A stretch of DNA of 64,000 bases from Oceanispirochaeta sp. (GTDB taxonomy: Bacteria > Spirochaetota > Spirochaetia > DSM-2461). Below, one piece after another: positions 27,127-38,424 of this stretch (position 1 is the stretch's first letter; each line of letters opens with the position of its first letter). The notes beneath the pieces are model-generated. The model was not told where the DNA came from and did no database searches. It worked only from the letters and a program-made list of their open reading frames with translations. The position numbers were made by a program, and so were the translations under genes. Location: positions 1,920,001-1,984,000 of the forward strand of contig CAXXOA010000001.1 in NCBI GenBank assembly GCA_963666275.2, written 5' to 3'.

Positions 27127-27786
27127 ATGGATAAAAAACTAATATGCGCACCCTCTATTCTTGCGGCGGATTTCTGCAGAATGGGAGAGGAAATCAACCT
27201 CATAAAATCTTCAGGAGGCGACTGGGTACACCTGGATGTTATGGATGGAGTGTTTGTTCCGGAAATCACCTTCGGCGCCCAGATGGTAAAACAGATCAGG
27301 TCCCGGACGGATCTGGTTCTGGATGCTCATTTGATGGTGGAAAAACCGGAAAATAAGATTCCGGCCTTTATCGATGCGGGAGCGGATTACATTACCTTTC
27401 ATGTTGAAGCTGTCGTCCATGCCCACAGAGTCCTTCAGATGATCAGAGAGGGCGGTGTGAAAGCCGGGATATCTCTGGTCCCATCCACTCCGGTGAGCTA
27501 TGTTGCAGAACTGCTTCCTTTTATTGATCAGATTCTTATTATGACTGTAAACCCCGGTTACGGCGGACAGAAGATCATACCGGAATGCCTTCAGAAAGTG
27601 AAAGAGCTGGACAGGCTCCGGAAAGAAAAAGGCTACGGGTATCTGATCTCTGTAGACGGGGGAATCAATCAGAGCACCATTAAAATGGCGGCAGAATCAG
27701 GAATCGATGTTTTTGTAGCCGGTTCGGCCTTTTTCGGTGCATCTGATCCGGCTGCAGTAGTAAAATCTCTCAAGAACCCTTTTTAA
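27127..27786 (+). CDS. rpe: Ribulose-phosphate 3-epimerase
   Basis: APSILAADF, HLDVMDG, DAHLMV, MTVNPGYGGQ, VDGGI. Confidence 0.97.
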   Translation: MDKKLICAPSILAADFCRMGEEINLIKSSGGDWVHLDVMDGVFVPEITFGAQMVKQIRSRTDLVLDAHLMVEKPENKIPAFIDAGADYITFHVEAVVHAHRVLQMIREGGVKAGISLVPSTPVSYVAELLPFIDQILIMTVNPGYGGQKIIPECLQKVKELDRLRKEKGYGYLISVDGGINQSTIKMAAESGIDVFVAGSAFFGASDPAAVVKSLKNPF

Positions 27787-27847
27787 CTGAGAGTTTTCAT
27801 TTTATTTATAGACTGCTGAAGCCGATGTTTGGTATGAGAGGTAGTTT

Positions 27848-28669
27848 TTGATGATTTCTAAAAAACTTCGCATAATCGGTTTTAGCAGCCTGTTCCTCGT
27901 AGTGCTGTCACTCCCGGTCTGGACTCAGCCACTGGAAGATGAATATCTGTACGGCCTGGATCTGTTCAAAAGTTCAAAATATGAACAGGCTTCGAAGCTT
28001 TTCAAAACGGTTTTATTCGATCTCAACTCTTCAGAACTCTACGGTAATGCTGCCTACTGGCTTTCCAGATCCTACCTGGAAATGGGTCACTATTCTGCAG
28101 CCATGGAAATAATGGAAGAGTTTCTGCTCAATTACCCGAAGAATCCCTATTATCTTGACGGCCAGTACTATAAGGGGAGACTTCTCTTCCTTGACGGAGA
28201 GTATGACAAGGCCATTCATTTTTTCTCCTCTTTTATCACTGCCCATGAGACAGAGAATCCCTACCTGGCCAACAGTCTCTTCTGGATAGGCGAATCTCTC
28301 TACACTCTGGGAAGGTTTGAGGAAGCCGAAGAGATTTACAGAAAGATCCTTGATGAATACTCAACCAGCATCAAAGTTGAGGCTTCCAAATATAAATTAT
28401 CTCTCATTGAATACAAATACAGAGAAGAGGAACTGCTTAAACTTCTTCAATGGAGTCATGAGGAATTTCTGAAAAGTTCCAGTGAATATGATAAAAAAGA
28501 AAAAGAATTCAACCAGGCCCTCAAAGTCTATCAGGAGAAACTGAAAGAACTGACAACTTCCAGGGAAATCTACGAGAACCGGCTTTTTCTTCTATCCATG
28601 AAAGAGGAAGCTCTTAAAATAAAAGAGCAGCTGATTTACCTGAGTGCAAGCGAGGGAAATAATGAATAA
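27848..28669 (+). CDS. Exported TPR protein (CpoB/BamD-like repeats)
   Basis: Signal peptide; AYWLSRSY, YYKGRL, FWIGESLY TPR motifs; C-terminal coiled coil. Confidence 0.7.
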   Translation: MMISKKLRIIGFSSLFLVVLSLPVWTQPLEDEYLYGLDLFKSSKYEQASKLFKTVLFDLNSSELYGNAAYWLSRSYLEMGHYSAAMEIMEEFLLNYPKNPYYLDGQYYKGRLLFLDGEYDKAIHFFSSFITAHETENPYLANSLFWIGESLYTLGRFEEAEEIYRKILDEYSTSIKVEASKYKLSLIEYKYREEELLKLLQWSHEEFLKSSSEYDKKEKEFNQALKVYQEKLKELTTSREIYENRLFLLSMKEEALKIKEQLIYLSASEGNNE

Positions 28670-29687
28670 CATGAAAAAATCCCTGATACTCTTTTTACTC
28701 CTTCTTTTTCAATTGCTCTCAGCAGCAGAACAGAAAGAAGCGAATTACCGATTGAATTTTGATGAATCAGAGGCTTTCTGGGAGTTCGAGTACAATCACA
28801 AAGGAACCGTCAGATCCCTGCTTGAAAGCAGAGATCCTTCCACCAGCTATGCTTTGATTACAGTGGACGGCCGGAATTACAGTCTGGAAAAGAGTGCTTA
28901 TTTCAACCAGCATATCGAAGAATACCCCGGATTACTGGTGGTTCACTGGAGCAACAGGACTCTGCATGTTGTACAGTCTATCCAGGTAGACAACAGCATA
29001 AAAGGATTCAAGGTTACTTACACTGTCAGAAACCTTTCAAAGAATTATATTTCCGTGGGACTCAAACAGCTCATTGATACATTCAACAATACCGAGGGGG
29101 CAGATTTTCTAATCAATGGAAACAATCCCGTTGATTCAGAAAAATCCTGGTCCGATGGAAACGTTCCGCCCTATTGGGAGACAAACCCCTCCGGAGAGGA
29201 TGATTTCAGGATGGCTTTTACACCATACGGAGACAGAAAACCTGATCAGATTATATTTTCCAACTGGAAACGTCTGAATGACAGCAACTGGGATTTCAAC
29301 GTCCGTGAGGGCAGGGATTTCTCTCTCCTTCCATACTCAATCAACGACTCTGCCGCGGGTATATACTATAACCCTGTTTCAATTCCTCCTGGTACTGAAA
29401 TAGCTATGGCCTATGCTCTGACCACGGGGGGGCCTGCTCTGTCGCTGCAGGATACTGTATCGGAAGAGAAAGATTTCAGCATACCCAAAGCGGTAGCTGT
29501 TTCCGACAAAAGCCTTATTCTCAGTTATTCCTTCCAATACGATCTGGATATGATTGACGAATTCATAAATGAGATAAATACTCTTCTCCAGTTAGAGAAT
29601 CCTGTTTATACTACACAGGTAGAGTATTTTCAGGGTGAACTTGAAAAACTGAAACAGAAACTTTCTCATTATGAAGATATACAATAA
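28662..29687 (+). CDS. Hypothetical exported protein
   Basis: MKKSLILFLLLLF signal peptide; beta-rich body; operonic overlaps. Confidence 0.6.
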   Translation: MNNMKKSLILFLLLLFQLLSAAEQKEANYRLNFDESEAFWEFEYNHKGTVRSLLESRDPSTSYALITVDGRNYSLEKSAYFNQHIEEYPGLLVVHWSNRTLHVVQSIQVDNSIKGFKVTYTVRNLSKNYISVGLKQLIDTFNNTEGADFLINGNNPVDSEKSWSDGNVPPYWETNPSGEDDFRMAFTPYGDRKPDQIIFSNWKRLNDSNWDFNVREGRDFSLLPYSINDSAAGIYYNPVSIPPGTEIAMAYALTTGGPALSLQDTVSEEKDFSIPKAVAVSDKSLILSYSFQYDLDMIDEFINEINTLLQLENPVYTTQVEYFQGELEKLKQKLSHYEDIQ

Positions 29688-30765
29688 GACCCTCAAGAAG
29701 GGATATAAACTACTCAGAACCGGTCGATACGGAAATGTGATTTCTCTTCTGGAACCCAAGGTTCCGCTTTTTCTGGAGAACTATCATTTCTATTATTTCC
29801 TGGGAGCCGCATGCTACCTGACGGGAGATATGGGCGGCGCAGAGACATACCTGAAAAGGGCTGTACAGGTTAACAGAAAAGCCGAAGACCCCAGACTCTT
29901 TCTTGCGGCGGTCTATTTAAAGAAAAAAGACACCACTGAGGCAGTTCGTATATGGCTGGGTCTCCTTGATCTGAATCCGTCCAACAGAAAAGCCAGAAAG
30001 GGTCTCAATAAAATCCGGAAAATAGATGATCAGGATGTTCTTAATGTGTATCTTGACTCGGGCAACTTCTCATCGATCCTTCCGAGAACAGGTAAACTGA
30101 TTCCCGACTGGATATGGGGAGCCCTGATCCTTGCTGTGCTGGCCGGAACACTCTATCTTTCCTCGTCACTGTGGATTCCTCTTTTCAATGAATCCAGACA
30201 GCCCTCAAGAGGCAACCTTGAAAGATTGTATAAAAATCTGGATTCCTCCTTCCTCCGTCCGGAATCTGCAGATTCAGAAGTCACCTATATATTGTCTGAA
30301 GATGAAATCCGTGATTCCCTGAAAAAAGCCCAGTCTCTTTTTGATGATTACAGAGACAACGAAGCAAGAGTGGAAATCAACAGACTCAGGAACTCCAACG
30401 CATCGGAAGAAGTTAAACAGAAGGCTCTTATGCTGGAAGGGTTTCTCAAGGACCCTGATATCACAGGAATTACAGGAGATTATTCCTACAGGGATATACG
30501 GGAAAATCCGGATCTTTATGAGAACTGCCTTGTTCTGTGGAGAGGCAGGTTTACAAATCTGACCTACGAGAATGATGAAATTATCTTTGATTTTCTTGTC
30601 GGGTATGATACTTCCCAGGTTCTGGAGGGTATTATGAGCGTATCCGTCAATTTCCCGGTCAATCTGGATCCTTCCTACCCCCTTGAACTGATGGGTAAAG
30701 TTAAAATTGACGAAGACAAATCTATTCGCTTGCAGGCAATCGCCGTTCATAATATTATTGAATAA
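29671..30765 (+). CDS. TPR membrane protein
   Basis: N-terminal TPRs, central TM helix, possible OB-like C-terminus. Confidence 0.6.
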   Translation: MKIYNKTLKKGYKLLRTGRYGNVISLLEPKVPLFLENYHFYYFLGAACYLTGDMGGAETYLKRAVQVNRKAEDPRLFLAAVYLKKKDTTEAVRIWLGLLDLNPSNRKARKGLNKIRKIDDQDVLNVYLDSGNFSSILPRTGKLIPDWIWGALILAVLAGTLYLSSSLWIPLFNESRQPSRGNLERLYKNLDSSFLRPESADSEVTYILSEDEIRDSLKKAQSLFDDYRDNEARVEINRLRNSNASEEVKQKALMLEGFLKDPDITGITGDYSYRDIRENPDLYENCLVLWRGRFTNLTYENDEIIFDFLVGYDTSQVLEGIMSVSVNFPVNLDPSYPLELMGKVKIDEDKSIRLQAIAVHNIIE

Positions 30766-30886
30766 TACTGATATCCCTGATAGTATCACAAACAGATGTT
30801 AAGTATCTCATTTAATTTCTTTTTTTATGAAGTACCATTGAATTTTGATTTGTTAAATGAGCATCTATTCCTTAAGGAGATTTTTC

Positions 30887-31993
30887 ATGTCCGAGAAAAA
30901 ACAGGCAACGATGGAAGATAAAAAGAAAGCAATGGAGGCGGCACGCCTGCAAATTGAAAAACAGTTTGGAAAGGGCTCTCTTATGAAAATGGGAGAACAG
31001 GCCAAAATGGAGATAGAATCAATTCCCTCCGGCTCCATTCTGCTGGATGAAGCTCTTGGTGTGGGCGGATTCCCCAAGGGACGTATCATTGAAGTCTATG
31101 GTCCTGAATCTTCCGGAAAAACAACTCTGGCGCTCCATGCCATTGCAGAGTCTCAGAAACGGGGCGGTGTCGCTGCTTTCATTGATGCGGAACATGCTCT
31201 TGATCCTGTTTATGCCAGAGGCCTGGGTGTCAATGTGGATGATCTGTGGGTATCACAGCCCGACACGGGAGAACAGGCTCTTGAAATAACCGAGTCTCTT
31301 ATAAGATCCAGTGCTGTAGATATTATTGTAGTGGATTCTGTGGCGGCTCTGACCCCGCAGGCGGAAATCGAAGGAGACATGGGAGATTCTCATGTGGGTC
31401 TTCAGGCTCGACTTATGAGCCAGGCTCTCAGAAAACTGACAGGTATCATATCAAAATCCAATGCCTGTCTTATTTTTATAAATCAGATCCGTATGAAAAT
31501 CGGTGTTATGTTCGGAAACCCTGAAACAACCACCGGTGGAAACGCCCTGAAATTTTATTCCTCTGTCAGGCTGGAAGTCCGGAAAATTGAGACCATGGCC
31601 AAAGGCCAGGAAGATGCGATCGGTAACAGAGTCAGAGTTAAAGTTGTAAAAAACAAGGTAGCTCCTCCTTTCCGGAAAGTGGAACTGGAAATAATCTTCG
31701 GCAAGGGAATTTCAGCCAGCGCCAGTCTTCTTGATGCATCTCTGAAATACGATCTGATACAGAAAAGCGGCAGCTGGTACTCTATCGGTGAAGACAGGAT
31801 CGGCCAGGGGCGGGAAAATGTCAAAAAATACCTGGAAGACAATCCTGAATCCGCAGACAGTCTCATGACTCAGCTCAGGACAATCATGTTCCCCGGAGCA
31901 GCTGAGAAAAACAAGGCTGCCGAAGACGCAAAAGAGCAGAAAGCGGCAAAAGCACCTGTCAAAAAAAGTGATGAACCCGCAGCACTGTTCTAG
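30887..31993 (+). CDS. recA: Recombinase A
   Basis: [54 protein letters not shown] before ATG 30887. Confidence 0.99.
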   Translation: MSEKKQATMEDKKKAMEAARLQIEKQFGKGSLMKMGEQAKMEIESIPSGSILLDEALGVGGFPKGRIIEVYGPESSGKTTLALHAIAESQKRGGVAAFIDAEHALDPVYARGLGVNVDDLWVSQPDTGEQALEITESLIRSSAVDIIVVDSVAALTPQAEIEGDMGDSHVGLQARLMSQALRKLTGIISKSNACLIFINQIRMKIGVMFGNPETTTGGNALKFYSSVRLEVRKIETMAKGQEDAIGNRVRVKVVKNKVAPPFRKVELEIIFGKGISASASLLDASLKYDLIQKSGSWYSIGEDRIGQGRENVKKYLEDNPESADSLMTQLRTIMFPGAAEKNKAAEDAKEQKAAKAPVKKSDEPAALF

Positions 31994-32002
31994 GGAAGAC
32001 TA

Positions 32003-32539
32003 TTGAAAGAAACTGTATACATCGGTATCGGAAGCAATATGGGAGACAGGCTCCGCATTTTGCTCGAGTGCCTGAATAAACTTGAGACTCTCCTTTCCCC
32101 GATGAAGATTTCATCCATCTGGGAAACTGAACCTATGATAATAAAGGATCAGCCTGAATTCCTGAACATGGCTGTCTGCGGCAGTTTTTCCGATACTCCT
32201 GAAAATCTTCTGAAAGAACTATGGAAAATTGAAGATTCGGCAGGCAGAAACCGTCAGAATGAGATCAGTAAAGGCCCCAGGCCTCTGGACCTTGATATCC
32301 TCCTGTTCGGCAACAGGGAAATCCATACGGAAATCCTTGATGTGCCCCATCCTGCCATCAAGGAGAGGGCTTTTGTTCTTCAGCCCTTGTTGGAATTAAA
32401 TGCGGAACTCTGTGAGCCCGGAAGCGGAACTGTTTACGCCGGCTTACTGGAAGATGTTGAAAACCAGGGTATTATCTGTTATAAAAACTCAGAACAGGTT
32501 AAGACATTACTGAAGGATCGTTATGACAGAAAATTATAA
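32003..32539 (+). CDS. folK: 2-amino-4-hydroxy-6-hydroxymethyldihydropteridine diphosphokinase
   Basis: IGIGSNMGDR, QPEFLN, GPRPLDLDIL, PHP, ERAFVL. Confidence 0.95.
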   Translation: MKETVYIGIGSNMGDRLRILLECLNKLETLLSPMKISSIWETEPMIIKDQPEFLNMAVCGSFSDTPENLLKELWKIEDSAGRNRQNEISKGPRPLDLDILLFGNREIHTEILDVPHPAIKERAFVLQPLLELNAELCEPGSGTVYAGLLEDVENQGIICYKNSEQVKTLLKDRYDRKL

Positions 32540-33281
32540 TATTCAGCTCGAGGAATTTGAAGGCCCTCTGGATCTTCTGTTATTTCTGATCAGAAAAAAT
32601 GAAGTTAATATCTATGATATTCCCATCAAGAAAATCACTGAACAGTATATCTCCTACCTTCAATATGCGACTTCGGTCAATCTGGAGAATATAACGGATT
32701 TCTATGTTATGGCGGCCACTCTGCTCTATATAAAATCTAAAATGCTCCTTCCTGTAGAGGTGGATTTCTCTGATGAACTGGAAGACCCCAGGGAAGAACT
32801 GGTTGCCAAACTGATCGATTATCAGAAATTTAAAAAACTATCAGTACTGATGACCGAGCAGGAAAAAACAACGGAATGGGTGATTGAACGGAAAAAGGAA
32901 CAGAGGATGCTTCCTTTCTCGCCTGATGAAGACATGTGGCAGGAAGTGGAAGTCTGGGAACTTCTGAAAAGTTTTTCACAGGTTATGGGAAATCTTACCC
33001 AGGAAACCATCGTAAATCTTTATGAAGAAGTTTCTGTTAATGAGAAAATCACTCTGATTCAGGAGCTGCTGGAAGAAAGAGGAGAATTCTCCTTTACGGA
33101 CATCCTGATCAACCCTGAATCTATCATGGAGATAGTCTGTGCCTTTCTGGCAATCCTGGAATCAGTGAAACTGAGCCTTATAGCGGTTTATCAGAATCGT
33201 CTTTTCGGTGATATACTAATCAGATCAATAAATTATAAGGATAAGAAAAATGACTCTGAGCAAGGAGCAGTCGATTCTTGA
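32523..33281 (+). CDS. scpA: Segregation and condensation protein A
   Basis: FEGPLDLLL, IKSKMLLP, FLAILE. Confidence 0.95.
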   Translation: MTENYNIQLEEFEGPLDLLLFLIRKNEVNIYDIPIKKITEQYISYLQYATSVNLENITDFYVMAATLLYIKSKMLLPVEVDFSDELEDPREELVAKLIDYQKFKKLSVLMTEQEKTTEWVIERKKEQRMLPFSPDEDMWQEVEVWELLKSFSQVMGNLTQETIVNLYEEVSVNEKITLIQELLEERGEFSFTDILINPESIMEIVCAFLAILESVKLSLIAVYQNRLFGDILIRSINYKDKKNDSEQGAVDS

Positions 33282-33789
33282 GGCAATCCTTTTTCTGGAA
33301 AGTGAACCAGTCACTCTTCAGCATCTGGTAAAAGTCAGCGGATTATCAAAAGATGTCATTCAGGAAGTTCTCACCAGTATGGAAGAGCATTACAAAGCTC
33401 CTGAACATGGACTTTCCCTGATTGAAATGCAGGGGGGATGGGTTCTTTCTCCCAAGGAAGATCTCTGGGACAACCTTAAAGATCACTATGGTAAAAAAAA
33501 TGATGATAAACTATCCAAGGCAGCTATGGAAACTTTATCAATCATAGCGTATTCTCAACCCCTCACAAAAGCGGAAATTGAGAATCTCAGGGGTGTTTCA
33601 TCTGATGGAATGATCCGTCTGCTCCTCAAAAGGAATCTAATCAGGGAAGTCGGTAAAAAAGATGTTCCCGGAAAGCCTATTCAATACGGCACCTCCAAAG
33701 AATTTCTCAAAATGTTCCGACTAAAAAGTATAGCTGATCTACCGAAACTTGATGAAGTGGAGCAGCGTAGGTTCGAATTGAATGGATAA
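33250..33789 (+). CDS. scpB: Segregation and condensation protein B
   Basis: EAILF, LSKAAMETLSIIAYSQP, RGV, YGTSKEFL, DLP. Confidence 0.95.
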   Translation: MTLSKEQSILEAILFLESEPVTLQHLVKVSGLSKDVIQEVLTSMEEHYKAPEHGLSLIEMQGGWVLSPKEDLWDNLKDHYGKKNDDKLSKAAMETLSIIAYSQPLTKAEIENLRGVSSDGMIRLLLKRNLIREVGKKDVPGKPIQYGTSKEFLKMFRLKSIADLPKLDEVEQRRFELNG

Positions 33790-34537
33790 TACAGAAGAAG
33801 AAATAAGATTGCAGCTGTTCCTGGCACGCTCAGGGATTGGTTCAAGGCGTAAGTGCGAAGAGATCATTGCCGAAGGCAGAGTAACTGTCAACGGGAAAGC
33901 TGTACTGACACCGGGAACAAAAGTATCCGCTGATGATGTCGTCACTTTTGACAACAGAGTGGTTAAACCCTCAAAAGACCTCATTTACATAGCCCTTCAC
34001 AAACCCTCAGGCTACATCTGCTCCAATCAGGATCAGCAGGGAAGGCCCCTGGCTATTGATCTGATAAATACCGCAGTGAAACAGAGACTTTACAATGTAG
34101 GCAGACTGGACTACATGACATCAGGACTCCTGTTTTTCACAAATGACGGCGAATTCGCCAAAAAAATGACCCATCCCTCTTCCCATGTGGAGAAAGAGTA
34201 TATGGTAACCTCCAAAAAGGAGATTCCTCTGGAACTGATGGAACAGTTCAAGAGAGGCATGATTGTTCAAGGTGTCAAATATAAGTTGAAAAAGTATACC
34301 TTCAAGGGCAAAAGAACAGTCAGCATTGTCCTGGAAGAGGGAAAAAACAACGAACTGCGGAAAGTATTCCTTTCCAGGAATATAACTATAAAAAGTATTC
34401 ATCGGGTTCGAATCGGAAGTGTTACCCTCAGCGGCCTTAATCCCGGACGGTTCCGAAAACTGACTCCTAAAGAGGTAAACAGCCTTCTTGAAAAAAGTCA
34501 AAAAAAAGCCGCAAAAAGGATTGAGAAGAAAAAATGA
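33782..34537 (+). CDS. rluB: 23S rRNA pseudouridine synthase (RluB/RsuA family)
   Basis: S4 domain SRRKCE, HKPSGY, VGRLD, KEY; follows scpAB. Confidence 0.88.
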   Translation: MDNTEEEIRLQLFLARSGIGSRRKCEEIIAEGRVTVNGKAVLTPGTKVSADDVVTFDNRVVKPSKDLIYIALHKPSGYICSNQDQQGRPLAIDLINTAVKQRLYNVGRLDYMTSGLLFFTNDGEFAKKMTHPSSHVEKEYMVTSKKEIPLELMEQFKRGMIVQGVKYKLKKYTFKGKRTVSIVLEEGKNNELRKVFLSRNITIKSIHRVRIGSVTLSGLNPGRFRKLTPKEVNSLLEKSQKKAAKRIEKKK

Positions 34538-35172
34538 TTGTAGCATTAGACGGACCTGCCGGTGTAGGAAAGAGCAGTATCGCCTCAAAAATTGCAAAAG
34601 AATGGAATTTTTTTAATCTGAACTCAGGGAATTTCTACAGAGCCGTGGCTCTTCTCTCTCTGAAAACAGGGATTTCTGTGAGTGAAGAGGAAAAAATAGT
34701 TCAGCTGGCCTCTGATTGCCAGATAGAAATCAGGGATTTCCGCTTTTTTCTCAATGGGATCGATGTGGAAGAAGATCTCCATTCGGATGCTATTGACAAG
34801 ATCGTTGCCCAGGTCTCTGCCATTGTACCGGTCCGGCATATTATTAACGATAAAATACGGAAGCTGAGCGAAAAACTCGACATCGTCGCGGAAGGCAGAG
34901 ATATGACGACTGTTGTTTTTCCCCATGCTGAAGTGAAATTTTTCATTGACGCCTCCCCCGAAGTAAGAGCGGAACGCAGGTTCAAACAGGGGGTCAGTGA
35001 TCTGAGTTTTGAAGAAATCCTGGACGGAATCAGGAAGAGAGATGTGATAGACAGAAACAAAAAAGAGGGTAGTCTAAAAATTTCTGACGACGCAATATAT
35101 TTGGATACATCCTCCTTGACGTTAGGACAAGTTTGTGAGAAAGTATCAGGTAAAATTAAAGAATTTGAATAA
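34534..35172 (+). CDS. cmk: Cytidylate kinase
   Basis: DGPAGVGKSS, SGNFYRA, EGRDMTTVVFP, RAERR. Confidence 0.95.
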   Translation: MIVALDGPAGVGKSSIASKIAKEWNFFNLNSGNFYRAVALLSLKTGISVSEEEKIVQLASDCQIEIRDFRFFLNGIDVEEDLHSDAIDKIVAQVSAIVPVRHIINDKIRKLSEKLDIVAEGRDMTTVVFPHAEVKFFIDASPEVRAERRFKQGVSDLSFEEILDGIRKRDVIDRNKKEGSLKISDDAIYLDTSSLTLGQVCEKVSGKIKEFE

Positions 35173-35192
35173 TTCAGGAGAATTGAACGGTT

Positions 35193-36896
35193 ATGGTAGA
35201 AATGGATGCCGCTGCAGCAGAGAACAACAATCAAACAAAACTACAGGAAGAGTACCTGAAAGGCATGGATCAGCTAGTTGAAGGCGAACTGGTTGACGGA
35301 CATGTTATACAGGTGGATTCCGAGTATGTTTATTTGGATGTTGGCTATAAATCAGAAGGAAAAATACCGGTAACCGAGTTCAAAGAAACTCCTGCTATTG
35401 GTGAAGATGTATCTGTAATCCTTGTAAAAAGAGAAGGAAAAAACGGAGAATTAGTTGTTTCCAAAAGAAAAGCTGATGCGAAAGTAATGTGGAAAGAGCT
35501 TCGTGACGCATTTCAGGATCACAAGACAATCAAAGGGAAAGTCGTCAAATCCATCAAAGGCGGATTTGAAGTGGATCTTGGTATCGAAGTCAGAGCCTTT
35601 ATTCCTATCTCAAAGATGGACCTTCACAGAATTGAAAACCCCGAAGAATACATTGGTCTGGAAACAGAATTCTATATCGAACGTCTTTACAATGAAAAAT
35701 CCAAAGTCAACATAGTACTCAGCAGAAGAGAATGGCTTGAAGAGATTCTCACTGAGAAGAAAAAAGAATTTTTTGAAAAAACAACCATAGGTGATGAAGT
35801 AAAAGGAACTGTAAAAAGTTTCACTTCCTTCGGAGCCTTTATTGATCTGGGCGGTTTTGACGGTCTTCTTCATATCAACGATATGAGCTGGGGACATGTA
35901 AACAGACCCAAAGATTATGTTAAAAAAGGACAGGAAATTGATCTTAAGGTTATCAGACTGGAACCGGAAGATGAAAAAATCAATCTGTCTCTGAAACATT
36001 TTACACAGGATCCCTGGTCTACGTTTGAAGATCGCTATCAGGTAGAAGATGTCATTAAAGGTAAAGTTACCAAGCTCACTGATTTCGGTGCCTTTATTGA
36101 AATTGAAGAGGGAATTGAGGGACTTGCTCATATTTCTGAACTGTCCTGGGTAAAAAGGATCAAACATCCCAAAGAAGTACTGAATATCGGAGATGAAGTT
36201 GAAGCAATGATTCTCGGTTATGATATTCACGAAGGTAGAATCAGCCTTGGTATGAAACAGGTACTTCCTAACCCCTGGGATGAAATCGGTGAAAAATACC
36301 CTGTTGGTATCAAACTGACAAGAACTATCAAAAAAATTACCAATGCCGGTGCTTTTATAGAACTGGAAGAAGGTATTGACGGGTTCCTCCATGCCGATGA
36401 TCTTTCATGGACCAAAAAAGTAAAGAATCCCTCCAGCGTACTTAAAGAGGGTGAAGAGATTGAAGTGACTGTTATCAATGTCGATAACGAAACACACAGA
36501 ATCAGACTTGGTGTAAAACAGCTTTCTGATGATCCCTGGGCAACTCTGATGGAAGTAGCTCCCAAAGGCAGTGTTATTGAAGGAGAAATCTCTAATATCA
36601 CTGATTTCGGACTGTTTGTAAAAGTACAGGGTGAAATCGAGGGACTGATTCATAAGAACAATCTTTCTGAGGACAGAGACGCTGATCCGGATGAACTTCT
36701 TTCCACCTTCAAAGTGGGAGATAAAATCAAAGCAGCAGTCATTGAACTGCAGCCTTCAAAACAGAAACTTTCACTTTCAGTTAAAGAAATGAAGCTGAGG
36801 GAACAGAAAAAAGAAATATCCAAATATATTCATGAGGAAAATGAGGATGATTCGACTTTTACCCTTGCTGACATGCTGAAGGAAAAAGAAAATTAA
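35193..36896 (+). CDS. rpsA: 30S ribosomal protein S1
   Basis: Six S1 repeats (DVGYKSEG, FGAFIDLGGFDGLLH, EGLAHISELSW). Confidence 0.98.
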   Translation: MVEMDAAAAENNNQTKLQEEYLKGMDQLVEGELVDGHVIQVDSEYVYLDVGYKSEGKIPVTEFKETPAIGEDVSVILVKREGKNGELVVSKRKADAKVMWKELRDAFQDHKTIKGKVVKSIKGGFEVDLGIEVRAFIPISKMDLHRIENPEEYIGLETEFYIERLYNEKSKVNIVLSRREWLEEILTEKKKEFFEKTTIGDEVKGTVKSFTSFGAFIDLGGFDGLLHINDMSWGHVNRPKDYVKKGQEIDLKVIRLEPEDEKINLSLKHFTQDPWSTFEDRYQVEDVIKGKVTKLTDFGAFIEIEEGIEGLAHISELSWVKRIKHPKEVLNIGDEVEAMILGYDIHEGRISLGMKQVLPNPWDEIGEKYPVGIKLTRTIKKITNAGAFIELEEGIDGFLHADDLSWTKKVKNPSSVLKEGEEIEVTVINVDNETHRIRLGVKQLSDDPWATLMEVAPKGSVIEGEISNITDFGLFVKVQGEIEGLIHKNNLSEDRDADPDELLSTFKVGDKIKAAVIELQPSKQKLSLSVKEMKLREQKKEISKYIHEENEDDSTFTLADMLKEKEN

Positions 36897-36908
36897 TTTT
36901 TCAGCCAT

Positions 36909-38414
36909 ATGTTAGCTGATAAAGTTGATAAGAAGAGACTTGAGACCTTAATTGAAATTAATAACCTTATTAATTCCAATTATACAGATATCAAGTCTCT
37001 TCTCACTCATATCCTTGAATCTTCCACACGACTTACCGGCGGAGAGTCTTCCTCCCTTTTACTAGTTGATAAAGAAACTGAACTTCTCTATTTTGAAATA
37101 GCCCTTGGAACCAAGGGAGATGAAGTGAGTAAGCTGACTGTTAAAATGGGTGAGGGGATTGCCGGCTGGGTGGCTCTGAACAATCAATCCCTCATAGTTA
37201 ATGATGTAGAAAAAGATACCCGTTTTTATTCCGGTATAGATAAAGGTGTCGGATATAAAACAACATCAATCCTGGCAGTGCCATTGCGACTGAGAGGGGA
37301 GTGTGTCGGTGTCATTGAAGTCATTAACAAGGAAAACGGCAGGAAGTTTACAGAAGAAGATCTGGAATGGCTGGAAATATTCACCAATCAGGCTTCCCTT
37401 GCCTATCAGAATGCCCAATCCTATAAAAAAGTTAAAGATGAACTTTTCCGGCTGCAGGACAGAGTAGAAACCAACAGCGGCTATCATAAACTGATTTATG
37501 CCAGCCCCGAGATTGATGAACTTTTAAGTGTAACGGACAAGATTTCCCAGTCAGATTCACCTGTTCTTATTACCGGTGAAAGCGGGGTGGGAAAGGAGCT
37601 GTTTGCAGAACAGATTCATTTGAAAAGTTCCCGGGCAAATGAGATTCTCATCCGCCTGAATTGTGCGGCCATACCGGAAGAGCTCCTTGAAAGTGAATTA
37701 TTCGGTCATGTCAAAGGTGCCTTTACAGATGCCTCCCAGGACAGGATCGGTCGCTTTGCCATGGCTGACAGGGGATCTATTTTCCTGGATGAAATCGGAG
37801 AAATTTCTTTATCAGTGCAGGCTAAGCTGCTGAGGATCCTGCAGAACAAACAGTTCGAACCTCTCGGATCTTCCGAAACAGTCACTGTGGATGTCAGAAT
37901 TATTGCCGCTACAAATAAAAACCTGGAAAGCCTGGTGGAAAAAGGATTATTCCGGGAAGACCTGTATTACCGTCTGAATGTCCTACCCATCTCGATTCCT
38001 CCATTGCGGGAGCGGAGAGATGATATACCAGTTCTGGCCGAGTATTTTCTGAAGAAATATACCATGAAGAACAGGAAGAAACTTCAGGGTTTTACTCCAG
38101 ATTGTTTTGACATGCTTTTCAATTATTCCTGGCCCGGAAATGTCCGGGAACTTGAGAATGTGATAGAGAGAGCTGTTATTATTTCAGACAGTTCGGTGAT
38201 ACGAAGCAAGAGTCTTCTTTTATCAAAAGGTGCGGAATCCACATATTCGCGATATAATGGAAAAACTTTAAAAGATGCGGTGAATTTATTTAAGAAAAAT
38301 TATATAAAAGGTATACTGGATGACTGTGAAAATAATCAGACTGAAGCTTCCAAACTTCTGGGGATTCAGAGAACATACTTATCCAGATTGTTAAAAGAGT
38401 TAGAAATAAAATGA
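36909..38414 (+). CDS. GAF-AAA+-HTH sigma54-dependent transcriptional activator (NifA-like architecture)
   Basis: GEGIAGWV GAF; GESGVGKE, ESELFGH, GAFTDA, FLDEIGE, WPGNVREL; Fis-type HTH. Confidence 0.93.
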   Translation: MLADKVDKKRLETLIEINNLINSNYTDIKSLLTHILESSTRLTGGESSSLLLVDKETELLYFEIALGTKGDEVSKLTVKMGEGIAGWVALNNQSLIVNDVEKDTRFYSGIDKGVGYKTTSILAVPLRLRGECVGVIEVINKENGRKFTEEDLEWLEIFTNQASLAYQNAQSYKKVKDELFRLQDRVETNSGYHKLIYASPEIDELLSVTDKISQSDSPVLITGESGVGKELFAEQIHLKSSRANEILIRLNCAAIPEELLESELFGHVKGAFTDASQDRIGRFAMADRGSIFLDEIGEISLSVQAKLLRILQNKQFEPLGSSETVTVDVRIIAATNKNLESLVEKGLFREDLYYRLNVLPISIPPLRERRDDIPVLAEYFLKKYTMKNRKKLQGFTPDCFDMLFNYSWPGNVRELENVIERAVIISDSSVIRSKSLLLSKGAESTYSRYNGKTLKDAVNLFKKNYIKGILDDCENNQTEASKLLGIQRTYLSRLLKELEIK

Positions 38415-38424
38415 GGAGATTAAA

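Noticed and set aside
30766..30785. TACTG-N10-TAGTA upstream of recA resembling an E. coli SOS box
   Set aside because: Mismatch in the critical CAG half-site, and the gammaproteobacterial LexA box is not expected in this lineage
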